Below, piece by piece: positions 1 through 11,668 of a stretch of DNA of 64,000 nucleotides (positions are counted from its first letter, which is position 1; the number at the start of each line of letters is the position of its first letter). Source of the stretch: Bugula neritina (Eukaryota; Animalia; Bryozoa); NCBI GenBank assembly GCA_964035545.1, contig OZ037770.1, positions 11,552,463 through 11,616,462 on the forward strand. The letters are read 5' to 3'. The translations under genes and the position numbers were made by a program. Below the pieces are notes generated by a model. It did not search any database. It saw only the letters and a program-made list of their open reading frames with translations, and was not told the origin of the DNA.

Positions 1-3000
1 CCACCAGAAGATGACCATCTCGGACTACAGAATACAAGCCAAGAGACTGGAGAAAAGAATTTGTCCCAAACACACAGCATATCCCTACATACAAGGATGT
101 AGAGTCTGTGCTCAGCTGTTCTGTGTGCAGTGTGTATCTCGGACTAACTTTTGTGTTGGAGGTAAAAGAATCTACTGAAAGTTATTTGCTAAACGTTGGG
201 AAATTTGACAAACTATATTACTTATCTCAGTAACTCTTGTAATAAAGCTGTCTCCTCCAGCAATCAAACTTCAGTCCTCCAACTAGCAAGCTAACGCGCT
301 ACCCATTACACTATGAGGGCTACTAGGGTGTCACAACACTAAAAATCTGAAGCTAGTATAGAGAAATGGTTTGCTAACTTTACTTATGGTAGAATTATCT
401 AACTCGTTATTTTTAAACTAGAGATTCAGCAGTAGGTAAATAATTTTTGAATTATAAAATGTAGTCAATTGAACATTTAAAATAAAAATTAGAGATAATG
501 AATGTAGGACAATAGTAAGACATTTATGATGATATATATTAATAATTATTTTATGTAGCTAGTATTATGTCTATTAGTATAGATAAAAACCCCTCATTTC
601 GTCAAGTCCGCACATTTAATGCAAAAGCTGTACAAGTAGTGGTTATGAGTGCTGTATTCCGTCAAATCTGAGTGAATTTTTGTAAATTCAAATGTCACTC
701 ACTTATACAGCCTGTCTAAGCTTTGTCACGATTTTGCCACGGTGAAGTTTAGTTTTTATTTTCATTTTAGACTCACCACACCACATGGTTAATCTAGATG
801 ATTTAATCAAAGAGCTTATCAAAATAGATGATCTTCTCACCACTGAAGACAAGATGTCTGCTTTCTTCAAACACCTTTCTAAAACTGTGTCAGACTTTGA
901 TAATGAGACGGAGGAATTGCTGAATATTCTTCATACACAGCGTGATGAACAGGTTGTGTGTTTATAGAAAATACTTTCTGTTACTCTGTAATCTACATTC
1001 TGTAGTCAGGTGTTAGTAAAGCATTGTAATACTAATACTTAGGAGTAAAATTTAGGTAATTAGCTACTATTCTATGTGAATTATACCACTATTTTTTGTT
1101 TAAGGATTTAGGAATGTTATGCGAAATTATCTATGCTGTTTTTTGACATAATTCTGAAACACTTTCTCTAATTTGTTGTCCACTTTCTACAATGTGCTGA
1201 TACAATGTATGATGTAGTTGACTGAAATGAGACTAAAGTATGAGAAACTGGAGAAGGAATTCTTAGCTAGTAGAAAGAAGACTAAAGAGGAACTGAACAG
1301 ATACATGGAGAGAGAAGTTGGAACTGTTTTGTCTCAACTGAGTAACAGTAGAATGAAGATAGACGCTCAACTTAGACAAAACCATCAGGTGAGCAGTGTT
1401 CACCATCTGTTTATATTTAGAATATATTTAGAATATATTTAGAATATTGTTTTTATAGGTCTTTAAGAATGGCTATCGTGTGGCCCTATGCTAAGTTTAT
1501 CTTTTTCGTTTATTTCTGTTTCAGCTGTCCTACGATATTGAAAAATAAAATGAAAATAAAAGAATTTATACAAGTTATTATTTTACATTTGCAGCAATTT
1601 TCTTCACACCAGTCTTGATTATTTACTTCTTTTACAGGTCTATGGTTTTATGCAAAAGTGTAAACAATCTGCAAGCTATGACATCATAGCTGTATAGCTA
1701 TGACATCACATATGTATAGCTATGACATCATAGCTGTATAGTTATGACATCATAGCGGTATAGTAATGATGTCATAGCTGTATAGTTATGATGTCATAGC
1801 TGTCTAGTTATGACATCATAGCTGTATAGTTATGGCATCATATCTGTATAGTTATGGCATCATATCTGTATAGTTATGAAATCAGAGCTGTATAGTTATG
1901 ACATCATAGTTGTATAGTTATGACATCATATCTGTATAGTGATGATATCATATCATTTAGTTATGACATAGCTGTATAGTTATGACATCATAGCTGTATA
2001 GTTATGACATCATGATTATACAAATTAGTTAGACCAAGTAAAGTTGTAGTGATTAAAACCAGACCTAAAGAAAGACTTGAATTTGTTAATATCACAATTT
2101 CCACCTCCAGATTTTACCTTACAACTACACCTAGAAATAGATTACTATGTATAGTTTATATTAGTATTTGTTTGTCACCACATTTCTGTTCCGTGTGCAC
2201 CATATGTATTGTAATTAAGTGAAATTATCTCCACATAACTCTGTATGCTGATATTTGTTATATACTGTAGGTGGATCTGGTTGAAGGATTTGCAGAGATT
2301 AAAGACAGAATACAGAGACTGATATCTGTTGAGATACCTAAACTAAAGCTATGTGATGTCATGTCTCTAGAGGTCAAAGGTTAGTATACTAAACTAGAGC
2401 CGTGTGATGTCATGTCTCTAAAGGTCATTAATATTTGGCATTTTATTTGAAAAGTAACCTCATGTGTGTGAAACTATTGGTTTGAAAATTTTAGTTTCTG
2501 TTGAAATAGCTCTGTGTCTAGGTTTACTCAGAGCTTCTATTAATAGAATTTATACACATACTCACTATTATATGACATACATATTTTATATACATACTCA
2601 CTTATATATAAGTATACACACATACACACATATTCACATGTATATTGTAGAAGAGAAGAGAGATGTAGAAGTAGACTTGGTTCCTGCAGCAGACATGATT
2701 ATTAGTTTAAACCAAGGAGTGACAACTCCTACTCTTCCTAAATCAGCAGACATGATTATTAGTTTAGATCCTCCTGAATCTCTCAAACTCTTACAGTCTG
2801 TTGATGTTTCTAGTTACTGTTATTCTGTCTGTAAATATGAGGGTAACACTTATGTAGGGCTGAGTGGTGCAGGGATAGACAGAATAGATGAGAGTTTCAG
2901 TGTTTCCAAGTCATTTGTTTCTTTTACTGACTGGGTAACTGGAGTCACAGTACATAGGAATAAGCTGTATGCTCTACAGGGTATCAGCAGCACTAATAGG

Positions 3001-3669
3001 GAGGTACATGTGTATGATCTTACTGGGAAACAGGTGACCAGCTGGTCCCATCATGATAGTAGTGGGTATGTAAACAAACTTGCTATTGTTGATGATCAGG
3101 TTGTGGTTCCTAGTAGACACAGTAAAAGACTTACAATCTACTCTCTTACTGGGGAGGTAATTAAACATGTCTCCTGCCCTCTACTCAGTAGTTACCCTGT
3201 AGCAATATGTGCAGCAGACAGACATTGTGTAGTAGTTTCTGAAAAAGCTTCCTCTCAAGTATTTAAATTAGACTTGACAACAGAGAAAGTCATCTGGACA
3301 TGCAAGGATATATCTCGACCAGAAGGTGTGACCTGCTATAGAAGTAAATATATTCTTGTGACTAACCGCAGCAGTAAAACCACCATCTGGATACTGGATG
3401 TGGAAACAGGTTAGTATTAGATTGGTTAGTTAACTACTGTTACCAATATATTAGTATTTCTCACAGTCTCACACTATAAAATATACTATGCTATGTACTA
3501 GTGATGACACACTAATACATCATTTCCTGTTACAGGTACACAACTGTCCAAAGTAGAAGATCCAACTGATAGAGCTGAGAGTACTGTGTATGATCTTCAT
3601 GTGTATAAAGACACTCTGATTGTACCTAGATGTAATGAGAAGAAAGTTCTGTTTTACAAGCTAAACTAA
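1..3669 (+). CDS. TRIM-like gene copy 1 (5' end outside window): B-box2, coiled coil, NHL-like beta-propeller
   Basis: Exons <1-161, 771-952, 1218-1388, 2271-2379, 2651-3409, 3536-3669; GT-AG introns with consistent phases; ends ...KKVLFYKLN*. Paralogous to the complete copies downstream. Confidence 0.88.
245..320 (-). mobile_element. Degenerate tRNA-derived SINE head in TRIM intron 3 (paralogous copies ~26240-26315 and ~36080-36155)
   Basis: Minus strand GCCCTCATAGTGTAATGGGTAGCGCGTTAGC... has an A-box-like TAGTGTAATGG and only a decayed B box. Confidence 0.4.
1674..2015. repeat. 22-bp minisatellite (GCTGTATAGTTATGACATCATA)n in intron 5
   Basis: About 15 units here, about 3 units at ~17305-17365 and about 7 at ~37432-37580. 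Confidence 0.9.
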
Positions 3670-4577
3670 ACAGGTGTGTGACAGGATATTATTCCATATT
3701 GTGGTACATTTATTATATTGTTTATCACACTAGACTCTGTTTGAATACATTTGGTGCTCAACTCTGTGTTTTCTACTAATGTACATATTTGTAATGATAT
3801 GTCTGAGATGTACAACTTCTACATATACACTGTGTCTGTTATTTCTAGATGATTCTCAAAGTTGACTCTGTGGACTGAGTTCTTTAACACAGAGCTATGA
3901 TACAGTGTGGAAGGCTGTATGACGTCCCAGTAACTAACTTATGCACCTTAATATGACTAATTTCAAGTAATAATTTTTTTTCCACTTGTACCAAGCCTCT
4001 TCCACACAACCTGCAAGACTTCACGGTATTAACTAGCCTGTAACTTTTTATATATCTAACATGATTTGCATTGAATGGTCATGTAGAGATCAATGTATTT
4101 ATAATGGTAACTCTAAGTCTACATTTCCTACAGCCTGAAATACTATTACATCACAATGTTTATTGTTTATTATCAAATATCAACCACTACTACTACATTA
4201 ATTTTGCTGTTGAAAAGTTGTGTATTTTGACTGATGGCCATAATACATGATTTATTACTTGATTTTTGTCCTAACAAGAATTGAATCCATATTGCTAATT
4301 AGATTGTATGTTTCAATTTGATTTTTATTTTCTTTAAATATTCTGTGAAATAAATTGCCTTTTTTTGTAGGCTATAAATATTCTTGATTGGATCTCTGAA
4401 TGCAATATCACAGAGTTATGTAATAGTTGACTGTATGGTTGTTTTACAGGAAGTTTTGAAACATTACATGCCATGACATCCTTGTTCGGAAACCGATTTA
4501 GGCAGCAAAAAGTTTGGGGTCACTGAGTGTATTTGCCAAGGACTTCTCGAGTTTGGGTATGGACCTCGAATGATATT

Positions 4578-5355
4578 CACCGGCTTTCCATGTACCGATC
4601 TCAGCGAGATCGATCCATGGAAAGATGTCAAAGATCGATCTCAGTCGTTCTGAGCTGGTCGGTCTGTAGAGCTCGAACTCAGATCGATCTCAGTGAGATC
4701 GATCCATGGAAAGACTCCAGATCGATCTGAGAAGTAGAAAAAGACTGTTCGCTAAAATGTTGTCTGCTGATAAAAATGACAACTTATTGATAATTACTAA
4801 GCAAATTACTTAATAGTTACGATAGCCACATTTTCAGATGCCAAAACTTTGACTTTCAGTACTATGATTAAAAAAACTCAATTATATAAAATTATAGTCC
4901 ATAGAAATTACAAAAAATTGGAGCATTTAAATTGAATTTAAATGACTAGTAAAACTTACTTTCATCAGTTATTTGCTGCGTAATTTCAAGCTTAACAATC
5001 CTGTAAGTTTATGAATAATCTGCAAGATAGCTATTAATTTTATTTAAGCTGTTGAGCTAAAAAATTAAAAGTGATTATCTTAAATTGGCTATATTACTTT
5101 ACACTAAAAGCTTTGTTGCGTATTGTTTACAAGCACCATTAATTTTTAGACATCAACAATCTTGTTTTTTAACCTCAGCAGCTTTAATCATCCAGATTTG
5201 TGAACAAATTATACTATTAAAGTACTCTTCACTTAAGAGGAGGCAACTCCGTGAGATCGATCTGACACTTCTCATGGAAAAACGATCGATCTGAGAGGTA
5301 TGCTCAGATCGATCTCAGCGAGATCGATCTGAGATCGGTACATGGAAAGCCGGTG
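4578..5355. mobile_element. Non-autonomous DNA transposon family A (CAC...GTG termini, 3-bp TSD; CMC/EnSpm/Chapaev-like)
   Basis: TIR CACCGGCTTTCCATGTACCGATCTCAG / CTGAGATCGGTACATGGAAAGCCGGTG; TSD ATT; empty site in the paralogous spacer at ~21615; many subterminal AGATCGATCT palindromes. Confidence 0.9.
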
Positions 5356-5570
5356 ATTGTTCACTGAACAATGAACTCAGTGACCTTGAACTTTGTGCTA
5401 CCCTTAACCATAATTTATTATTTCCAACCATAGTGAATAGTTTACTACATAGTTCAATGAACTAAAAACTAAAACATATAGTTCAATGGTTATGATGTGT
5501 ACTAGAGGTGTCCAAATCTAGGTACCAAAGCCGCAAGTGATGCCAAGCCCTTAAACCCCCCTCCCCCCCC

Positions 5571-5787
5571 TGTCGGTGAAAGGTTCTAGAAGTCCTTTGT
5601 TCTACTAGTATAAAAGGACACACATTTTAGAGCTTCAGTCACTTGCGGACTGGAGCTCACACTGGCTACTTCTCTCTACTACAATAAAGTACTGCAAGCA
5701 CACGGCAACCTCTCTCTCTTGTCTCTTCTATAGCAAGGAGTTATGTTCTCTGCCTGATTTCATTCTATAACCCACAAAACTACTACA
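5571..5787 (+). mobile_element. Probable solo or partial LTR
   Basis: TGT...ACA ends, TATAAAA at ~5608 and AATAAA at ~5683; absent from paralogous spacers. No TSD; it sits at the break of a deletion relative to the other spacers. Confidence 0.5.
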
Positions 5788-6391
5788 ATACTAATTGCAC
5801 ACAGGTTTTGTTTGGAAAGATAACTCTGAAGGAGGAACCGATACGTACATGGTGCTGCAAAGCTTATCAATAGTGTTATTACCATTGAACTATAACTATA
5901 GTTTCAGTTCAGTGTTATTACAGCATGGGTTAGTAAAGTATTCCCTAATTATCTATTATCCTGCTACTACATTATGAGATTGATTGGATTATTAACAATG
6001 TGTTAACTGACTATACACTGATAAACCCCACAAGAGCAAATTCATAACACTATTGTAAAGCATAGAAGTGAGATTGTAAAATGATGGACAAACATAAAAT
6101 GATGGGCAAACTACAATGGCCTGAAGCTATCAGCACATAATATACAGTGCACCCTCTTTATCTCACTAAGCGACAGGTGTAAAACCTCAATACACACATC
6201 AGCAACAAAACAGGGTCCAAGCTCTTCTCGTGACCTATAGAAATTCGTGAGAAAGGGGTCCTTGAGATCCACTGTATTAAATACTATCTATTGGGCACAG
6301 GTTTTGTTTGGAAAGATAACTCTGAAGGAGGAACTGATACGTTAATGATGCTGCAACGCTCATCAATAATGTTATTACTGCGTGTGTTAGT

Positions 6392-6403
6392 GGGGAATTC
6401 CCC
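6392..6403. promoter_or_regulatory. NF-kB/Rel-type palindromic site upstream of copy 2
   Basis: GGGGAATTCCCC inside a conserved CpG-richer ~270-bp module about 1.3 kb upstream of the ATG; GTAAGT donor-like sites follow at 6413 and 6541. Confidence 0.65.
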
Positions 6404-7693
6404 CAGTCCAGGGTAAGTGTTATTTTAATCCCGCATCTGCGCAGAAAGGTCTAACACTGACAGGAACTATAAGTAGTTCCATAGGTCTTCCATGACGAGG
6501 TGAAGTTTGCCCCATTAATTGTTTACCAACAGCAATAACTGTAAGTGTTAGCAAAATTTTAGTTTTAAAGTCAACTTATTGTAGTTCTACTATCTCTAGT
6601 TTCGGATAGTTATACTGTTAGTGACGCTGATACTCATAGAGTGATAGTCATAGTGATACTCTGATGGACTTTCACTTAGACTTAGAGTATCATAGTCAGA
6701 CTCATAGTCATACTGATACTCATAATCATAGTGTTTAACACAGCCTCACTCACTTGACTCATAGTGATAGTCAGTGACAGTCACACTGACACTCACTTAC
6801 AGTACCACGCTTAGTCTTGCTGTCACACTCACTGCCACAGTGTTTTGATAATGACAATCACAATGATTATGATAACATTTCTCACCATCAGCAACTGCAA
6901 GATACTTGTGATTTAGTTACTATTTGTCAGTCTCGTGATCATCTTCACCTTGAGTTTGTACTTATCATCATGAGAACGTAGATGCTGATAATCATAGTCA
7001 TAATCATAATGATGTTGAAGTTTAAATTATCAAATGATACAAATTAAAGTATTAGCAAAGCATATGTTTTGTAATTTAATAAAACTGCTCAACAGAATTT
7101 ATTAAACTTACAGGGCCTCTGCTGTAGACTGTAGAGGTGGATGTAGTAACAGAAGCATTAGAAACCACATATATTTATAACTATTTACAATACAATAATT
7201 CCAATTTCTCCACATTCTATTAAATGTCAATAAAATGCATCATTTTTTGGAATATTGAGTGAACTGCAAGGAAAACCTAATTCAAGAACCTTCATAATTT
7301 TTTTGGCTACAAGTCCCAATTCTTAGAATAATTATTAAGAAAATTCCTCTTGTTACTAATTGATTTATTATGTAATAGCTCTGGACTATTATCTGCAGGT
7401 ACTGCAGTATGCAAATGTGTATTTAAATCATGGTATTGCACTATATAGTTTATTATACAGCAAATGTTCATTATTAAAAAGATCTTTTTTAAATGTTAGA
7501 GAGTGCTTGAAATACATTATGTCTGCACTGCAGTTTTATAGCTGAGTCACATTCTACATTGTTTAAAGATATCAAGTAGTGAGTCAGAAGAGACAAACAT
7601 AAACTACTAAATTCTCTCATTACAGTGAACTACATGGAATCTGAATACATTTTATAATATGTTCTCCTGTTTTATAATATAGAGTTGAGTGAA

Positions 7694-10600
7694 ATGGCTG
7701 CAGCAGAAGAAGTTGAGTGTGGATTCTGTTTACTAAAAGAAGGTTTAGAGAATCCCAAGTGTCTACCATGTGGTCATGTACACTGTTTACTGTGTCTTAC
7801 TCGTAATGTTGATGTGAATGACATGATCAGGTGTCCCTGGTGTAGGTAGGTTAGTTTTCTATAGGCAGAGCTGAGACATATTGTTGGTAAAAAAATAGTG
7901 ATTGACATCATGTGTTTTAACTTATACTGAATTTTTACATTACGTTATATATATTTTTAATTACTACTAAATAATTTTGTGTCTTGTCACAGGGAAGTGT
8001 TTGATGAGAGAGTGGAAAGTCTTCCATCTGCTGATGTAGCAGACAACTCCGTATCATGTGACGTCTGCACTAAAAAGGGACTGAAGAAAGTGCCAGCCAT
8101 CATATACTGTACTGTGTGCCGTAAACTCTTCTGCAGAGAACATGATGAGGTGATACTTTCATTAAATATTTCTTCAGTTGATGTTCAACACTGCATACTC
8201 TAACTCAGCCTCTGATTACATGTTGTTGTACTTGAATGTTGATTTATAAGAAAGCACTGAGAGATCATGTTTCACTTTTATCTGTTTTATCTGCTGTCAT
8301 GTAAACTGCACATTTATTTCTATACTTTGTGTTAGTATGGAATTTTTATGTTCCTATAGATATTTGTAAATGTTTATATCATGTATTTGTAAGTTTCGTT
8401 TTTTTTCCACAATATGGATAGTTGAGTTATATTTCTCAGTAAAGATGTATTCTGCTATATTCAGTCACATGATGACACCAATGATGACCACCAGAAGATG
8501 ACCATCTCGGACTACAGAATACAAGCCAAGAGACTAGAGAAAAGAGTTTGTCCCAAACACACAGCATATCCCTACATACAGGGATGTAAAGTTTGTGTAC
8601 AGCTGTTCTGTGCGCAATGCACATCTTGCACTAACTTTTGTTTCGGAGGTAAGAAAGTGCTGCTGAAAATTATTTACTAAATATTGATAAATCTGATAAG
8701 TTGTATAACTACCTCAGTAACTCTTGTAAGAAAGCTGCCCTCACCATGAATTGAACTGCAGACCTCTATCATGCAACTTCTACTATATGGGCTACTGGGT
8801 AATCACAGCACTACAAATTTGAAGCTAGCATAGATAAATGGTGTATTTTGAGTAGAACCTCTGTTCAAAGTGTACTTCATTATTTATTGAGAAATTTAGA
8901 AATAGGTGAATAATTCTTAAAATACAAAATAAATTAATTGAACATTTAAAATTGAAAAAGAGGTCAGAAGTCAGTGAATTGAAGTGCCTCTCACTCGCAC
9001 AGCGTGTCCAAAGTTTTATATTTTGTTTTTCAATGGCCACGCTGGAGTTTAGTTTTTCATTGTCATTTTAATTTTAGACTCACCCCATCACATGGTTAAT
9101 CTAGATGATTTAATCAAAGAGCTTATCAATATAGATGATCTTCTCTCCACTGAAGACAAGATGTCTGCTTTCTTCAAACACCTTTCTAAAACTGTGTCAG
9201 ACTTTGATAATGAGACGGAGGAATTGCTGAATATTCTTCATACACAGCGTGATGAACAGGTTGTGTGTTTATAGATAATACTTTGTGTTACTCTGTAATC
9301 TACGTTCTGTAGTCAGGTGTTAGTAAAACATTACAATACTAATACTTAAGAGTAACAGCTAGCTAACTAGCTACTATTCTGTGTGAATTAAACCACTATT
9401 TTTTGTTCAAGAATTTAGGAATGTTATGCGAAATTATCTATGCTGTTTTTTGACATAATTCTGAAACACTTTCTCGAATAAGTTGCCGATATTCTACAAT
9501 GTGCTGATACAATGTATGATGTAGTTGACTGAAGTGAGACTGAAGTATGAGAAACTGGAGAAGGAATTCTTAGCTAGTAGAAAGAAGAATAAAGAGGAAC
9601 TGAACAGGTACATGGAGAGAGAAGTTGAAACTGTTTTGTCTCAACTGAGTAACAGTAGAATGAAGATAGAAGCTCAACTTAGACAAAACCATCAGGTGAG
9701 CACTGTTCACCATCTGTTTACTAAATATATTTAAATTATTTTGTGCGTGTGAATGTTTAATAATGCACTAGCATGCTGTGTATACGTGAAATGCAACAAA
9801 ATTTTGAAGAACTTGTGACAGACTTAGATTGACCATCACAATGCTTGATTTATATTCATTTCTGTTTTAGCTCTATAGTTGTGTGCTTACAGAATTCGAT
9901 GTCCTCCAATATAGTAATTAAAAGAATTGTTTTATAGTTGTATTCTTCTAAGTTTGTATAGTTCACAACTTTCACCAAAATCTATATGTTCCTAAGTAGT
10001 ATACTAACTATAGTTTATCTAGATGGTTGATTCACTGCCATATGTTTGCACCAAGCTTTTTGCCCATTTGTAGCTTCATTTAAACTCACACACAAGAAAA
10101 AGTAGGAAGTTGTAACTAAAAAGGCTGTCTTTTTATTCCCACTTGCCAATGCTATGGTTATGTACTGTAGGTAGATCTGGTTGAAGGATTTGCAGAGATT
10201 AAAGATAAAATACAGAGACTGGTATCTGTTGAGATACCTAAACTAGAGCTGTGTGATGTCATGTCTCTAAAGGTCAAAGGTTAGTATACTAAACTAGAGC
10301 TGTGTGATGTCATGTCTCTAAAGGTCAAAGGTTAGTATACCTAAACTAGAGCTATGTGATGTCATGTCTCTAAAGGTCAAAGGTTAGTATGCTAAACTGC
10401 AAAATACTTGCACTATTATGTTTATATAAAACCTGTTATATCTGCATTGCATGATGTAAAATTCAGTATATTATCTGAAAAGTGCCCTCCATATGTGTGA
10501 AACTACTGGTTGTTCAATTTGAATATCTGTTGGAATAGCCTTGTGTGTAGGTTTACTCAGAGTTTCTATTAATAGAATTTATACACATACTCACCTTTAT

Positions 10601-11668
10601 ATGACATAAATATTTTATATACATACTCACCTATATATAAGTATACACACATACACACATATTCACATGTATATTATAGAAGAGAAGAGAGACATAGAAG
10701 TAGACTTGGTTCCTGCAGCAGACATGATTATTAGTTTAGATCAAGGAGCGACAACTCCTACTCCTCCTAAATCTCTCAAACCCTTGCAGTCTGTTGATGT
10801 TTCTAGTTACTGTTGGTCTGTCTGTAAATATGAGAGTAACACTTATGTAGGGCATGGTGGTGGTGCAGGAATAGACAGAGTAGATGAGAGTTTCAGTGTT
10901 TTCAAGTCTTTTATTTCTCTTACCAACTCTGTAACTGGAGTCACAGTACATAGGAATAAGCTGTATGCTCTAGAGCATATCAGCAGCGCTAGTTGGAAGA
11001 TACATGTGTATGATCTTACTGGGAAACAGGTGACCAGCTGGTCCCATCATGATAGTAGTTGGAGTGTAAACAAACTTGCTATTGTTGATGATCAGGTTGT
11101 AGTTCCTGATAGAGGCAGTAAGAGGCTTACAATCTACTCTCTTACTGGGGAGGTAATTAAGCATGTCTCCTGCCCTTTACTCAGTAGTAATAGTAATACA
11201 GCAATATGTGCAGCAGACAGACATTGTGTAGTAGTTTCTGACTGGGGTTCCTCTCAAGTATTTAAAATAGACTTGACAACAGCGAAAGTAATCTGGACAA
11301 GCAAGGATGTATCTCAACCACAAGGTGTGACCTGCTGTAGAAGTAAATATATTCTTGTGACTAACTGCAGCAGTAAAACCACCATCTGGATACTGGATGT
11401 GGAGACAGGTTAGTATTAGATTGGTTAGTTAACTACTGTTACCAATATATTAGTATTTCTCACAGTCTCACACTATAAAATATACTATGCTATGTACTAG
11501 TGATGACACACTAATACATCATTTCCTGTTACAGGTACACAACTGTCCAAAGTGGACGATCCAACTGATAGAGCTAGGAGTAGTGTGTGTGATCTTCATG
11601 TGTATAAAGACACTCTGATTGTACCTAGATACAATGAGAAGAAAGTTCTGTTTTACCAGCTAAACTAA
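7694..11668 (+). CDS. TRIM-like E3 ligase copy 2 (RING-Bbox-Bbox-coiled coil-NHL-like propeller), ~605 aa, intact
   Basis: Exons 7694-7845 (MAAAEEVECGFC..LPCGHVHCLLC..CPWCR, C3HC4 RING), 7993-8149 (CDVC..YCTVC..FC..H), 8465-8648 (CPKH..CKVCVQLFC..C), 9078-9259, 9525-9695, 10171-10279, 10680-11408, 11535-11668; total 1818 nt, in frame, all GT-AG. Confidence 0.92.
10229..10387 (+). repeat. 51-bp tandem repeat of the exon-6 3' end including its splice donor
   Basis: Unit TATACTAAACTAGAGCTGTGTGATGTCATGTCTCTAAAGGTCAAAGGTTAG; donors at 10280, 10331, 10383; 1-4 units in the other copies. Confidence 0.9.

Noticed and set aside
1674-2015. Regular repeats (22, 31, 32 and 51 bp) as a possible CRISPR array
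   Set aside because: Head-to-tail tandem repeats without unique spacers, eukaryotic context, no cas genes.
2464-2650. Long N-terminal extensions (MCETIG..., MTYIFYIHTH...) on the propeller ORFs in the ORF track
   Set aside because: Intronic read-through of a CA/TA-rich tract upstream of the exon-7 acceptor; phase-matched splicing from exon 6 explains the gene.
2974-3168. Recurrent antisense ORFs (MFNYLPSKRV...) in every copy
   Set aside because: Shadows of the conserved sense exon 7.
5085-5294. Identical 69-aa ORF at 5085 and 40875
   Set aside because: Lies inside near-identical MITE copies, has a non-ATG start and no transposase motifs.
8269-8279. IRF/ISRE-like GTTTCACTTTT in intron 2 of copies 2, 4 and 5
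   Set aside because: Imperfect, easily arises by chance in AT-rich DNA, and shared only by descent.
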